From Malacoraja senta (taxonomy: Eukaryota), in contig CM075995.1 in the NCBI GenBank assembly GCA_038087875.1, positions 10,852,001 through 10,916,000 of the forward strand: DNA of 64,000 nucleotides, in the 5' to 3' direction. Every line of letters begins with the position of its first letter. The stretch's first letter is position 1. Position numbers and translations under genes: made by a program. The notes beneath the pieces were generated by a model, which saw only the letters and a program-made list of their open reading frames with translations, was not told the origin of the DNA and searched no databases. Shown here piece after piece: positions 62,801 to 64,000 of the stretch.

Positions 62801-63550
62801 ACATCCTCTTCACAGTTCACACTGCCACCCAGCTTTGTGTCATCCGCAAACTTGCTAGTGTTGCTCCTAATTCCCTCTTCCAAATCATTAATATATATGG
62901 TAAACAGTTGCGGCCCCAACACCGAGCCTTGCGGCACTCCACTCGCCACTGCCTGCCATTCTGAAAAGGACCCGTTCACTCCTACTCTTTGCTTCCGGTC
63001 TGCCAACCAATTTTCTATCCATGTCAACACCCTACCCCCAATACCATGTGCTCTAATTTTAGTCACCAGTCTCCCGTGCGGGACCAGTTGGAAATGAAAA
63101 GGTCTAAAGAAGGTACAGGACCATCGGGGGGAGTCCAAGATGAGGGGGTTCGTTGCTGACGCGAGAAGGGGTCATCACTGGGTGGTGAGGATTCCTTCCC
63201 ATAGAAAAAGGCCCAGAGGCGGAGGCAACGGAAGAAGAGCTCTACATCATGGCGGACCCGGAACTCATTAAGGTGAGGGCAGACGGGAACAATGGTGAGG
63301 CCTCTGCTGAGGACAGATTGTTCTGTATCAGAAACGGGGAGGTCAGGGGGATGGTGAACACACGGCAATGGTGGGGTTTGGGGTAGGAGGAAGGCAGGTG
63401 AGTAAATGGAGTCCGAGGCGATGTCTGGTGGGGGTGGGGTGATGGTGGGTGTTTGGAGAGGAGGGGAGCACGAGGACTATTGTATGGGTGGGGAGTATGT
63501 GTGGCCGCCTGGCTAAAAGGGGAAAAGGAAGAACCAGTGGAACCCCAACT
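59897..63550 (-). mobile_element. Penelope-like retroelement (RT plus GIY-YIG), disrupted, split by a CR1 at about 61930-63084
   Basis: FTMDVQSLYT, QIQGVAMGT, YLRYIDD, YSQFLR..RIC, FTCISSNLIY, YIDET, KLEEQHLIFRLGSLHPSGMN; pLTR-like end with hammerhead-like motif. Confidence 0.9.
61930..63084 (-). mobile_element. 5'-truncated CR1 nested in the Penelope element
   Basis: [23 protein letters not shown] tail; cagtt(a/g)gaaa on both sides. Confidence 0.92.
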
Positions 63551-63554
63551 GATG

Positions 63555-64000
63555 CACCCTCTCTGTTTTTGTATCCAGTCCTCTTGTTATGAATGCCGGC
63601 ATTGAATTTGCCTTCCTTACTACCAATTCGACTTGGAAATTAACTTTTTAGGAGTCCTGCACCAGCACTCCCAAGTCCGTATGCGCCTCCGTTTTTTTGG
63701 ATTCTTTTCCATTTGGAAAATAATCTGCACCTTTATTCTTATTACCAAAATGCATGACTGCACACTTTACTATATTGATTTCATCTGCCACTCCTCTGCC
63801 CACACCGCTAACCTGCACAAGTCCTTCTGCGGAGTCTTTGCTTCCACTACACTGCATAAACCTCCACCTATCTTAGCATCATCTGCAAACTTGGACACAA
63901 AGCCTTCAACCCTCATCCGAATCATTAATATACAAATACATTGATATCTTGGTAGTCCCATCTACCTGCACTCAGACCATAACCCTCCATTCCTTTCCCG
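63555..64000 (-). mobile_element. CR1 fragments running to the window end
   Basis: SKFADDAKIGG; CR1 3' UTR at 63950-64000. Confidence 0.8.

Overview
Repeat-dense vertebrate genomic DNA, most likely from a cartilaginous fish (skate or ray), inferred from HE1-like V-SINEs, abundant CR1 LINEs and a chondrichthyan-style NLR gene. The only host gene is a minus-strand NACHT-LRR (NLRC3-like) pseudogene (about 32.4-55.9 kb, six recognisable exons, at least three frameshifts). One of its LRR exons is split by a 10.5-kb, three-level nested retrotransposon insertion with all target-site duplications (TSDs) readable. The rest is mostly transposon-derived: CR1, L1-like, Rex/Babar, Penelope, DIRS, BEL/Pao, hAT, Academ-like, Helitron-like and LTR relics, plus three tRNA-derived sequences. 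The most unusual signals are: (1) hammerhead-ribozyme core motifs in a non-canonical, pseudoknotted strand order in the 3' UTR of an RLE-type retrotransposon fragment (44244-44309); (2) a ZFP36/TTP-family gene relic inside a 21-bp inverted-repeat element (57552-58781); (3) an LTR whose tRNA-Ser primer-binding site extends to 47 nt; (4) a possibly intact tRNA-Asp gene directly after a BEL/Pao pol stop codon. All calls are by eye; no database searches were run.
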